Source: Promethearchaeota archaeon (GTDB lineage Archaea; Asgardarchaeota; Thorarchaeia; Thorarchaeales; Thorarchaeaceae). Taken from it: a DNA stretch of 64,000 bases. Numbering within the stretch: the stretch's first letter is position 1; every line of letters starts with the position of its first letter. Below the pieces are notes generated by a model. The model was not told the DNA's origin. It searched no databases and was given only the letters and a program-made list of their open reading frames with translations. Shown here one piece after another: positions 30,656-39,569 of this stretch. The translations under genes and the position numbers were made by a program. The stretch covers positions 75,099-139,098 of the forward strand of contig WJMJ01000018.1 in assembly GCA_014728035.1 (NCBI GenBank), written 5' to 3'.

Positions 30656-31387
30656 ATGGAAAACGAATGTATTCAATGGGAAAAACTTGCAGGTGAATTC
30701 GCTGAGAAAGAGAAATACTACCAAGCGGCGAACCAGTTCAGAAATGCTGCTTCCTGCCATTTAGATAAAGTTCTTGAGATGACACGAAAAGCAGCTGAAT
30801 ACTATCACATGCATGCTGAAGCTAGTGCTGAAGCAGATGATCACAAATCAGCAGCCAGATCATATTTTGAAGCTGCAAATCAATACCGACAAGTAAGTGA
30901 TTTTGCTACTGCTCTGACCCTATTTGAAAATGCTGCTTCTGAAGCATTAGATGAGGGTATGACAGAAACCGCTGCTTCTTCCTATCTATGGGCAGCATTT
31001 GCGTGTCATAAACTTGGTAACACCGACTATTTCCTAACTTGTGCTGAAAATATGGCAAATCTGTATGATAAGGCTGCCGAATCGGTACTCGAAGAAGGGA
31101 AAGCAGAGAGAGCGGTGATTAATTTATCACTTTCAGCTATGGGATTCGCTACAATTCAGAGGATTGATGATGCCAAACAACGAATCGAGAAAGCTAAACG
31201 TGTAATTGATAAAACAAGTTGGCCATGGTTGAAAACACTTCTCTCTTTCAGTGATGCACTGGCAGATGGTAGATTGATCGAAGCTGAAGACCAGTGGAAG
31301 GATTTCAAGGAAGAAGAAACTATCCAAGAAGTCATGAAAGCTTGCCATAGTATAATTGAAGATAGAGAGCGACGAGGTCAAAAATAG
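30656..31387 (+). CDS. alpha-SNAP-like TPR/helical-repeat protein
   Basis: Repeated AA..Y/F..AA helical hairpins (YYQAANQFRNAA, HKSAARSYFEAANQYR, ETAASSYLWAA); 243 aa, all helical. Confidence 0.65.
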   Translation: MENECIQWEKLAGEFAEKEKYYQAANQFRNAASCHLDKVLEMTRKAAEYYHMHAEASAEADDHKSAARSYFEAANQYRQVSDFATALTLFENAASEALDEGMTETAASSYLWAAFACHKLGNTDYFLTCAENMANLYDKAAESVLEEGKAERAVINLSLSAMGFATIQRIDDAKQRIEKAKRVIDKTSWPWLKTLLSFSDALADGRLIEAEDQWKDFKEEETIQEVMKACHSIIEDRERRGQK

Positions 31388-31389
31388 AC

Positions 31390-32637
31390 CTATGTCACTC
31401 GTACCTTCACTGTTTTAGTTACTTCCTTGCCTGTTTTAGTATCCTCAAGTTTCATGGTTGCAAACTGCTCTCCTGTTACTTCAGCTTGGATATAGACCTG
31501 GAAAGACATCCGCTCACCAGCACCTAGGAATTGAATACTTTTCTCAGTTCCTCCAAGCGATACAACCAAGCCATCAGAGAGTTCAATTTTCACGGTGATA
31601 TTACCAGCAGGACCATCACCAGTATTTTGAATCATCACATCAAAGACTATTTCATCTCCGATATCAGCAGAGATCTGTTCTGGATTAACTTCTAATGCTA
31701 ATTCTGATGGAGCTTTGCCTATCCGGAATTCAATCGCGTTACTATGCTTGTTAACTAGCACTGATTCACCTTGTAACGTTAGTACGAAAGGACCGATTTT
31801 TCCATCACCACTTAGTACAGGATTGACAATCAATAACCAAGACTCCTCAGTTTTATTCACAGCTTTTAGTTCCAAGTCTTTTGAAAAGGCAAGACTGTTT
31901 GATAGAGTATATCTATAATCCACAATTGTAACAGGAATTGGGCATTTATATTTCAGTTCAAACTCGATAGGTGTCTTTGCACTAATCTCATACATTTCCT
32001 GTCCAGCCCACTGCAGTATTAATTCAGTCTGGGTTGCAAGTTTTACACCTTCCACCACATAATTAACAAGACCACTCTCAACCTCGGAGGGTTTAGCTCT
32101 TGAAACTATCCTCTTAATCTCTTTCAGAGATGGTTCTTCACCCTTACAAAGAACATCAACACATAATCGTGCTAATTGCATCATTCCCTCCATAGTCTTA
32201 GCTAATTTATAGCGCTTATCAGTTTTCTTTGTAAGATTAACACATGTATCAAAATTTCTGGAAGCTAAATAACAAATAATTGCTAACCCATTTGCACGCA
32301 TTGATGATTTGGTTTTATGTTTCTTGAACAAATGATCAGAAGCTTCAGAATATAGTACAGCTCCTTCATCAAATCTAGCTTCTTGAAGTAAAGTTTCAGC
32401 AGCCGCAATTTTCATCTCTGCCGCTTTTACATGGTCCTCAAAATCTAATGCAGCCCATGCAGCCTCACGGAAGTATTTAACTGCAAAATCAGGTCGGTCT
32501 GCTTCATTGAAGAGCTTTGCAGCTTTCTCGTATTCGGTACACGCATAATCTGAATAACCCTCCTCAAATTCCTCTATTGCCTTCTCGACATGTTTTTTTG
32601 CCTTTGAAATCGGATCTCGTTTAAGAAAGTCGAACAT
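31390..32637 (-). CDS. SNAP-like TPR solenoid fused to two Ig-like (CARDB/ASH-like) domains
   Basis: gagg RBS before ATG 32637; N-half AA..Y..AA repeats; C-half beta-rich with IQNTGDGPA and LGAGE Ig-type motifs; no signal peptide. Confidence 0.7.
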   Translation of the reverse strand: MFDFLKRDPISKAKKHVEKAIEEFEEGYSDYACTEYEKAAKLFNEADRPDFAVKYFREAAWAALDFEDHVKAAEMKIAAAETLLQEARFDEGAVLYSEASDHLFKKHKTKSSMRANGLAIICYLASRNFDTCVNLTKKTDKRYKLAKTMEGMMQLARLCVDVLCKGEEPSLKEIKRIVSRAKPSEVESGLVNYVVEGVKLATQTELILQWAGQEMYEISAKTPIEFELKYKCPIPVTIVDYRYTLSNSLAFSKDLELKAVNKTEESWLLIVNPVLSGDGKIGPFVLTLQGESVLVNKHSNAIEFRIGKAPSELALEVNPEQISADIGDEIVFDVMIQNTGDGPAGNITVKIELSDGLVVSLGGTEKSIQFLGAGERMSFQVYIQAEVTGEQFATMKLEDTKTGKEVTKTVKVRVT

Positions 32638-32717
32638 TTTATAGTCCTCGAATATCTCTGTGAGTAAGTCTAGCGAATTCACCCTTCGCTATATCGCTTT
32701 CGGCTGATGTGATATAA

Positions 32718-33923
32718 ATGATGAAAGAACCACCATATTGGCAAAATCCTTTAACAAAAGAATTTACGGTTACGATTACTTCGTGTGATAAAGAGGGAGA
32801 ACACTATCTAATTGGCATATCAGAAAATGTCGTTCGTGCTGCTGGTGGAGGTCAAGATGGTGATCGAGGTATATTGCGTGTTGATGGTGCGACTATCCAT
32901 TTTCACAACACTGCAAAACATCAAGGCCAATTAGTATTGTTAGCTGATAATCCCATCAATCCGAACCAAACCTCTCAGCTTATCATCGATATTGAGTGGA
33001 GAAGCGGAATGATGCAAAACCACACAGCAGAACACATCTTCGTTGCATCTATCAAGAAGAAAGACCCAACGTATGAGCTAGGGTATATCTGGATTGACGG
33101 AAACAGAGGTGTTGTTGATATAATGGGACCTCGTTTGGATTTTGATATCATAATGGAAACAGAAAGAAGAGTACAGGAGATTATTGAACAAAAACTCCCC
33201 GTTAACATAGAAATCGTAAATGCTGATGAGCTTGATGCCGAGATAAGAGCAAGAGAGGGTGTGACATTAAAACATGAACATGTCAGAATCGTCAGTGTAG
33301 GGGATTTTGACAGCTCAGCCTGCTCAGGAACTCATGTGTTCAACACAGAAGAAATTGGTGCTTTCAAGGTGATAGATTTTCGACCTGTTGAAGGTGGAAC
33401 ACGAATAGAATTTTTGACTTCAAAAAATGCTATCAAAGAAATGAGGACTGTCTACAATATTGCTCTACAAAGGAAATATGAACATCCTTTTGAAATGGAG
33501 CAACTTGGGATTATTATTGACAGAGCAAAAAATCTCACTGTTGAAAGAGATCAGCTTGTTTCGCATCTTAGCAGAATCATCGTTGAGGGACAAAATACTG
33601 ATTTGATCAAGGACATTACATTCTGGAAGGAATATCTTCCAGGACTTGACATGAAAGAAGCACGTTCTATTATCAAAGATTATCCAATGGACAGAAAATT
33701 AGCAATTCTCTTCTTCATTCCAGGAGAAAAATCAAGCCTGGTATTTTGGACTAACGAGCTCCCTGAAAATGCATCTCACTACATATCTGAAATCGTTACT
33801 GATCTTGGTGGAAGAGGAGGGGGAAGTAAGGATGTCTACACTGGAGGGTTTTCATCTTCTCCAAATCCAGAAAAAATCTATGAAGAAATCGTATCCAGAT
33901 TGCACAAACGTCTTTCTCACTAA
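32718..33923 (+). CDS. alaX: AlaX alanyl-tRNA editing protein with C-terminal DHHA1 domain
   Basis: GGGQDGDRG, NHTAEH, CSGTH Zn motifs; GGRGGG. Confidence 0.9.
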   Translation: MMKEPPYWQNPLTKEFTVTITSCDKEGEHYLIGISENVVRAAGGGQDGDRGILRVDGATIHFHNTAKHQGQLVLLADNPINPNQTSQLIIDIEWRSGMMQNHTAEHIFVASIKKKDPTYELGYIWIDGNRGVVDIMGPRLDFDIIMETERRVQEIIEQKLPVNIEIVNADELDAEIRAREGVTLKHEHVRIVSVGDFDSSACSGTHVFNTEEIGAFKVIDFRPVEGGTRIEFLTSKNAIKEMRTVYNIALQRKYEHPFEMEQLGIIIDRAKNLTVERDQLVSHLSRIIVEGQNTDLIKDITFWKEYLPGLDMKEARSIIKDYPMDRKLAILFFIPGEKSSLVFWTNELPENASHYISEIVTDLGGRGGGSKDVYTGGFSSSPNPEKIYEEIVSRLHKRLSH

Positions 33924-33924
33924 C

Positions 33925-34380
33925 TCACTCCAAATTGTATCTGCTGGCTATTTCAGTCCAGAACTTTTTAACAGCCCATGGAACAGCGAGAAACTCCTCG
34001 CGAAACATATCAAAGTTAAGGCCTTGTACCATCATTTCCTGTGATGTTCCTATTATGCCCCTAGCTTCATCAAAATCAAAACAGACTTCAGCATAACGAC
34101 GATTGCATGCTAAGAGATCTAAAAATACGTCTTCTCTAATATCTTCAGGAATTTCTTCAAGGGCATATACATCGCAGAAAACCTGTATCCATTTTTCATC
34201 AGGTTTGACAGTAATGGTATATCGGAAATGATCATCGGCTTGCTCGGGTAATGGACTCGCTGGTAGTTCATCTTTGCGTTCACTAAAGACTAATTCAAAT
34301 ATTCCATCACGCTCATTCCAGGTGTGTTTGAGTTTCAACAATTCAAGGTAGTCTTCAATCTGAGTCTTTATTCCAACCAT
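33925..34380 (-). CDS. YbjN / type III chaperone-like fold protein
   Basis: DLLACNRRYAEVCFDFD, similar to the 2481..2936 protein. Confidence 0.65.
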   Translation of the reverse strand: MVGIKTQIEDYLELLKLKHTWNERDGIFELVFSERKDELPASPLPEQADDHFRYTITVKPDEKWIQVFCDVYALEEIPEDIREDVFLDLLACNRRYAEVCFDFDEARGIIGTSQEMMVQGLNFDMFREEFLAVPWAVKKFWTEIASRYNLE

Positions 34381-34442
34381 CTATATCCCTTAAGACTTGA
34401 ATTCAATGACTTTGATTTAAGCATACTGTGCCAACACGGACC

Positions 34443-36053
34443 TTAGGGATAATAGTAATCCAATATCGTGACCTTACTCCAGTTGACGTGATAAACTGAC
34501 ATTGTATCACGTCCACTGATAACATTATCATCCAGATGAACGGTTAGCTTAATAGTAACACCAGCTCCAAGTAGAATCTGATAATACAGCATAAGCTCAT
34601 TGAAGAACACAAAATAATTACACCCTTGTTCTCGGAGATAATATAGTAATTCAATTGTACTCATATTTCCATGTATGATATCGGGGCTTACTAATCCCGC
34701 TAAATCAATTACTGTCCTATTAGAAATGAATCGAATTGCACCCGCATCATGTATGGCAAGAACTGCATCCTGTGGAGTATTATTTGCTAACCAATATCCA
34801 ATATAGACCTGTTGTTCATTTATGTTTTTAACAGAGTTACCATAGAAGTCAGCTTGATGAACGTATTCTGGAAGTAAAGGTACAATCATAAGAAAGATGA
34901 GAAAGAGTAGAGTTATTAGCTCTCTATCTAGTGGATTCTCGAGTTTAGCTTCATATTGAAGAATGTAGGGAGTTATTTTTGCTATTGATGCAATAGCAGT
35001 GATAAGGAAGAAACTGAACACAGGAACTAGGTATCGAGCATTGTTGATTAAAGAAGCATAAGGTACATTCAATCTGTACAATAAAACCAGTCCAACAGCA
35101 AGTAGCCACGTGAAGGGTTTTTTCTCGACAACCAATGCAATTCCTAAAATTCCTCCAATCATGATAAAGAAATATTCAATAAGCCAGTAATTCCACCAAA
35201 ACCGCCAAGCGTTTATCTGATCCTCTGTTGGTGGGTGTACCTTAGCATAGAATGTATCAGGTAAAGGAAGTCCTGTAGTACTTAAGCAATGAAATATCCA
35301 AGGTGAAACTACGAGAAGTGCCAATGCTCCTGTAATGATAAGTGATATCCACCTTTTCCAATCTACTAATTCTTCATAATCAAGCATGAGGAAACGAATC
35401 AACACAAAAAGAGCTAGTATTGCTCCTTCAGGGCGGGATAGAAAGGCCAGACCCACAACTACTCCAATAATTGGATCATACTTGATATCCGTTTTATCCA
35501 AAAGTGCCACACCAAGAATCAAGAGGAATAAGAATATTGGAGTTTCCATCCCTGAAAGCATCAACCAAGTAGTACGTGGCATAATAACGAATCCAATCAT
35601 TCCACATACAGCATAAGATAGTTTTCCAGTGTATTCATTCACTATGTATCCTACAAGGAATGTAGTGAAACTATAGAACACAATTGATATGAGATAGGTT
35701 CCTATAACCAGCTCGATTGGCTTCTGGGTGAATATGAATAAACTAGAGAGAACAAGTGACCATAGAGGACTAGTAGATCCCGTACTAGGATATCCTGGAG
35801 AATACTCCCAAGGAGTACCATCATAGATGGTTCTAGCATATTGTAAATGAATCCATGAATCATCAAGAGAGAATCCAGGAAAAGTCCAGTTTATCATGGT
35901 GAATAGATAATGAACACATGATAGAGCTGTTATTAAAACAGCAAAAACAAGAAGTTTTGTTAGGTTTGATGTTTTTTTGAAATGGTCCCAAGCGATTCTG
36001 AAAAATTTTTGAAGAGAATTCTCTTGGTCTTCTATAGGCGCTCCTTGCGTCAT
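34443..36053 (-). CDS. GT-C fold membrane glycosyltransferase
   Basis: DDSWIHLQYAR, GSTSPLW, SGMET, SRPEG, ARYLVP, DAGAI...IDLAGLVSP; about 12 TM. Confidence 0.85.
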   Translation of the reverse strand: MTQGAPIEDQENSLQKFFRIAWDHFKKTSNLTKLLVFAVLITALSCVHYLFTMINWTFPGFSLDDSWIHLQYARTIYDGTPWEYSPGYPSTGSTSPLWSLVLSSLFIFTQKPIELVIGTYLISIVFYSFTTFLVGYIVNEYTGKLSYAVCGMIGFVIMPRTTWLMLSGMETPIFLFLLILGVALLDKTDIKYDPIIGVVVGLAFLSRPEGAILALFVLIRFLMLDYEELVDWKRWISLIITGALALLVVSPWIFHCLSTTGLPLPDTFYAKVHPPTEDQINAWRFWWNYWLIEYFFIMIGGILGIALVVEKKPFTWLLAVGLVLLYRLNVPYASLINNARYLVPVFSFFLITAIASIAKITPYILQYEAKLENPLDRELITLLFLIFLMIVPLLPEYVHQADFYGNSVKNINEQQVYIGYWLANNTPQDAVLAIHDAGAIRFISNRTVIDLAGLVSPDIIHGNMSTIELLYYLREQGCNYFVFFNELMLYYQILLGAGVTIKLTVHLDDNVISGRDTMSVYHVNWSKVTILDYYYP

Positions 36054-36231
36054 TGGATCACATATCACTGAAATTATGCATTACAAAAAAAGGATTCTCA
36101 ATAATGTCAAAGAATACTTTCGGTTAACCCTCTCCGGGATGCGGTTGTCTGTTTGAAAGAACATGGCCAGCTGAGAAGGGTCATAGGAATACATACTCAA
36201 ACTTCCATAGGTCCACCCTTAAGAAGGGGGT

Positions 36232-37386
36232 ATTAATACGGCAATCGGTCAAGCACTTTCTTCGCAATTACAACTGGAGTCTATCGAGGCAAGTTCAAAT
36301 CTTACAGTCTATTCGCCTCCCGGCGTTACTGTTGAAACTGCTAAGTATCCAATCATGTGGGCCGGGGTACTAGCTTCAACTCAAGCCTCTGAATGGCTCT
36401 CGATTTATGACCACCCCATTGCGTGGAATGGTATTCAAAAAGAAGCAATCCTAACCATGCGCGAGTATCTCTATCGGTTCGTGGTCCCCATAGATGCACG
36501 AGAGATGATGCCTACAGATATGGTTGAAACACTTCAGACCGTTGCAATGTCCGTGACTCCTATAGCACTTGATGTGGAGGTTGGAAGATTACCTCCACGC
36601 ACCCTTCAAACAAATGGAGGTTTACTCCCTTCTAGTCCCCAAGTTCAAGTAAAATCGATGAAAATCGTTTCTGATCCAGAGATCAGTGTTGTTGCTGAGA
36701 AAATATCGCAAAGAGATGTTCCAGCTTCAGAATCAATTTGGAAACTCTTGGATTTTGAGTATTCTTTAGACCAAGTAGCAAGAATCATGTCTCTTGGACT
36801 TCTGGGAAAACTGAAACGAAGACGGATTATTCCCCTTAAAGCAGCTTACAAGGTAGTTATTGATAGTTTTATAGATCGTTCTATATCCGAGCTCATGGAT
36901 AAAGCTGAAGGAAGTTCCAGTAAGTTATTCATCTCTGATTTTCTCGATGATTCATTTGTAGTAGTTATGACGCCTGGTGGTCCAAGTGTTGATTACGTCC
37001 ATCTGCAAGATTATGAGATGGATAAAAAACGTACATTGAGTATGGAGGGAGAGCTAAATCATATGACGGATCCCAAGACTATTCTTTATGCCGACCATGC
37101 TCGTTTTTCTAGCTATACTCAGATGCTTAATGAACACAGAAATTATCACATCACAGTGTTTCACTATTCCAACAAGACCACAAATCAGATTCTTGGCCCT
37201 TGGGTTGCAAGAGCTGGAGTTACGGAAGCATTCAATAATTCCTCAGTTCATCTTGAAGATCCAGAAGTAACAAAGACAATTCTGGATTCACTTCTATATC
37301 GTGGGTTAGAGTATTGGACAAAAGATACGCCAATATTGAATAGAATGAACTTGGAAAATGTCGCTTATGGTCTTGCTATAAAATAA
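36232..37386 (+). CDS. divergent Nre-family DNA repair protein; start uncertain (non-canonical)
   Basis: In-frame YSPPGVTV...YP upstream of the called ATG 36355 matches the Nre SPP motif; also SLGLLGKLKRRRIIP and LGPWVARAGV; frame open back to TAA 36220. Confidence 0.65.
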   Translation: MNTAIGQALSSQLQLESIEASSNLTVYSPPGVTVETAKYPIMWAGVLASTQASEWLSIYDHPIAWNGIQKEAILTMREYLYRFVVPIDAREMMPTDMVETLQTVAMSVTPIALDVEVGRLPPRTLQTNGGLLPSSPQVQVKSMKIVSDPEISVVAEKISQRDVPASESIWKLLDFEYSLDQVARIMSLGLLGKLKRRRIIPLKAAYKVVIDSFIDRSISELMDKAEGSSSKLFISDFLDDSFVVVMTPGGPSVDYVHLQDYEMDKKRTLSMEGELNHMTDPKTILYADHARFSSYTQMLNEHRNYHITVFHYSNKTTNQILGPWVARAGVTEAFNNSSVHLEDPEVTKTILDSLLYRGLEYWTKDTPILNRMNLENVAYGLAIK

Positions 37387-37411
37387 AAAAGAAAGAGGGT
37401 AGGAACTAGTC

Positions 37412-38371
37412 CTAAATCTCTTCTTTTGCTTCTTTTCTAGATACTCCCTTGTAGAGAAGTGCCAATCCTATAATGGCAAACAATGCGCCACCAACATAGC
37501 CACCGCCAGGTAGAATATTGAATTGATATGCTGCTGCAATAAGACCAATACCTAGCAAGAGCATAATAAGACCAAATCCAACACCCATTGCTCTGAAAGC
37601 CATAGAACGAGGATATTTGCTCTCAATAACATAACCTGTTGCTGCTGCAACTGAAGCTTTGTATTTTCTCTTGCCATATCGATATGTCAATTCCCAGACT
37701 GGTACATGAATCAGGAAGGTCTCTCCGACATCGATGTTATCATCTCGTGATTCTATCTTATCGACCTCATCAAGTACCAAAGCGGTCTGTTTGTCAAAAG
37801 CAATCTGATGTGCTTTCTTCTTTGCTTCCTCTTCACCGATTTTGCTATGAAGTACATCGCCATCATACTCTTCAGCGTGAGCATGACTGAAGTATTCTTT
37901 TGCACGGGAAGGTATTGGGAATTTCTTGATATCTTCGTCTATCGATTCAATACCAGGAATATTGATCTCATGCCTTCTAGTGAATTGGCCTGATTCTGGT
38001 TTGTAGAAGAAGTCTATTCTCTTATACGCACCACGTCGCTGTGGCCACTCGTCGTAGAAGTTAGCATCACGACCTAATCCTTGATAGGTGGTGTGAGCGT
38101 CTACCCTGCTAATCCAAAAAGGATAGAAGACCAATTTGTATTTCAAGAAGTGTGCTTTTACAGGAAGGTCCTGTGGTGCACCCAATTGCTTTGAACACCA
38201 GTCCAACAATGTGGTCTGTGCTGTGTGTTGAGCAAAGTGAACACGAATCATATAGTGATCTTTGAACTTGGCTCCTTCTTGAGTCTGAGCTGTCCCACAA
38301 TAGGGGCAGACTAAGAGAACATCACCAGGTCCGGTCTCGAAATTAGCTGAACAAAATGCACATGTAACCAT
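37412..38371 (-). CDS. Zn-ribbon membrane protein (N-terminal CxxC..CPYCG, C-terminal 2 TM)
   Basis: CAFC, CPYCG, FYPFW, HVPVW..Y.Y, ATG.V motifs. Confidence 0.8.
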   Translation of the reverse strand: MVTCAFCSANFETGPGDVLLVCPYCGTAQTQEGAKFKDHYMIRVHFAQHTAQTTLLDWCSKQLGAPQDLPVKAHFLKYKLVFYPFWISRVDAHTTYQGLGRDANFYDEWPQRRGAYKRIDFFYKPESGQFTRRHEINIPGIESIDEDIKKFPIPSRAKEYFSHAHAEEYDGDVLHSKIGEEEAKKKAHQIAFDKQTALVLDEVDKIESRDDNIDVGETFLIHVPVWELTYRYGKRKYKASVAAATGYVIESKYPRSMAFRAMGVGFGLIMLLLGIGLIAAAYQFNILPGGGYVGGALFAIIGLALLYKGVSRKEAKEEI

Positions 38372-38375
38372 TTGA

Positions 38376-39401
38376 TCACCCCGTCTTCTCCCGCTGAGTC
38401 ATCAGCAATACACGAATTCCAAAGAATGTCATCACTACCCCAATAATTGTCATAAGAATGCCAATCAATAGAGTGGTGGTTTCGCCACCAATTCCAATAA
38501 ACCCAAGCTCTCCACCAATAGTTGCAAGGACAATACCTACTAGTCCAAGAATGGTCCAGAGGACTCTCTGGGCTTTAGTAATTGGTATCTCTCCTAAGAC
38601 AACTTTACCAGTCTTTCCATCGATGGCACACTTGTAGAGGTCGCCTTCGAATTTGTAACGTATCAGTGAAAAGGGTGCTTGCAGGTATGTTGTACCACTG
38701 ACACTTGTCTGAGTTCTGCAGTCAAACAGTTCGGCCAAACCACTCTTGGCTTGACTTCGATGTCTGTCAGCAACTCTTCCGTGAACAGTGGACTCGAACT
38801 CTTCCTGTCCAATCTCAGCATTGAGCATGTCTGGTTCCAAATCCTTTATCGTATCATAATTGTACGGAATCGTCTTTGAAATGTCAATCTCATCAAGATA
38901 TGCTTCCAGACCGTACAATCGAGCTCCTTTTCGAGCCAGCAATCGCTCATCCGTATTGCTGTGTATCTCGTCTTGTACTGGTACGTATCCTGTTTCGTAG
39001 TCCGTATAGGTCTCAGTACGGTAGTTTCCTTCAGAGTCTCGGACTCGTCGGGTCTTTTGTACTGGAACTTGCACGGTCTTGTAACCCTTATACCAGCTGT
39101 CTGCTTTAACTTTCGCTGTCCAGACCGGGACATAGATGAGTCGATTTTCGACCACCTCAGCGCCAGTGATAAGACTACTATTGATACCTTTGTTCTTATC
39201 TAGGAACTTGCGGAATGCCTCAAGACGTTTATCAGCGTCCACAGCTACTTCCATGAGGTGTTCTCCGATCTCCTTTCCATCGATTGAGGTAGTACTACCA
39301 CAATAGGAGCAGGTGATCACAACATCATCAGGTCCGATCTTGACATTTCCATTGCAAACAGGGCACTTGTACATATCTGGTGCCTGTGCTTCAGATGCCA
39401 T
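38376..39401 (-). CDS. Zn-ribbon membrane protein, paralogue of 37412..38371
   Basis: CPVC, CSYCG, YVPVW, IDGKTGKVVLGEIP, two C-terminal TM; ATG 39401 with ggag RBS. Confidence 0.8.
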   Translation of the reverse strand: MASEAQAPDMYKCPVCNGNVKIGPDDVVITCSYCGSTTSIDGKEIGEHLMEVAVDADKRLEAFRKFLDKNKGINSSLITGAEVVENRLIYVPVWTAKVKADSWYKGYKTVQVPVQKTRRVRDSEGNYRTETYTDYETGYVPVQDEIHSNTDERLLARKGARLYGLEAYLDEIDISKTIPYNYDTIKDLEPDMLNAEIGQEEFESTVHGRVADRHRSQAKSGLAELFDCRTQTSVSGTTYLQAPFSLIRYKFEGDLYKCAIDGKTGKVVLGEIPITKAQRVLWTILGLVGIVLATIGGELGFIGIGGETTTLLIGILMTIIGVVMTFFGIRVLLMTQREKTG

Positions 39402-39569
39402 CGTCAAGTCTCCATTATCAATAACTGACAAATCAGTGTGGAGAGTTCTATTTAGCCTTACGGTGATATAGTAACGAGAGATATCTAATCTTGCGATGGT
39501 GTCTTTTAATCAAATCTACAAATCCGTTTCAACACAAAATTACTAAACCTATTTTTCAAAGAGGTAGGT

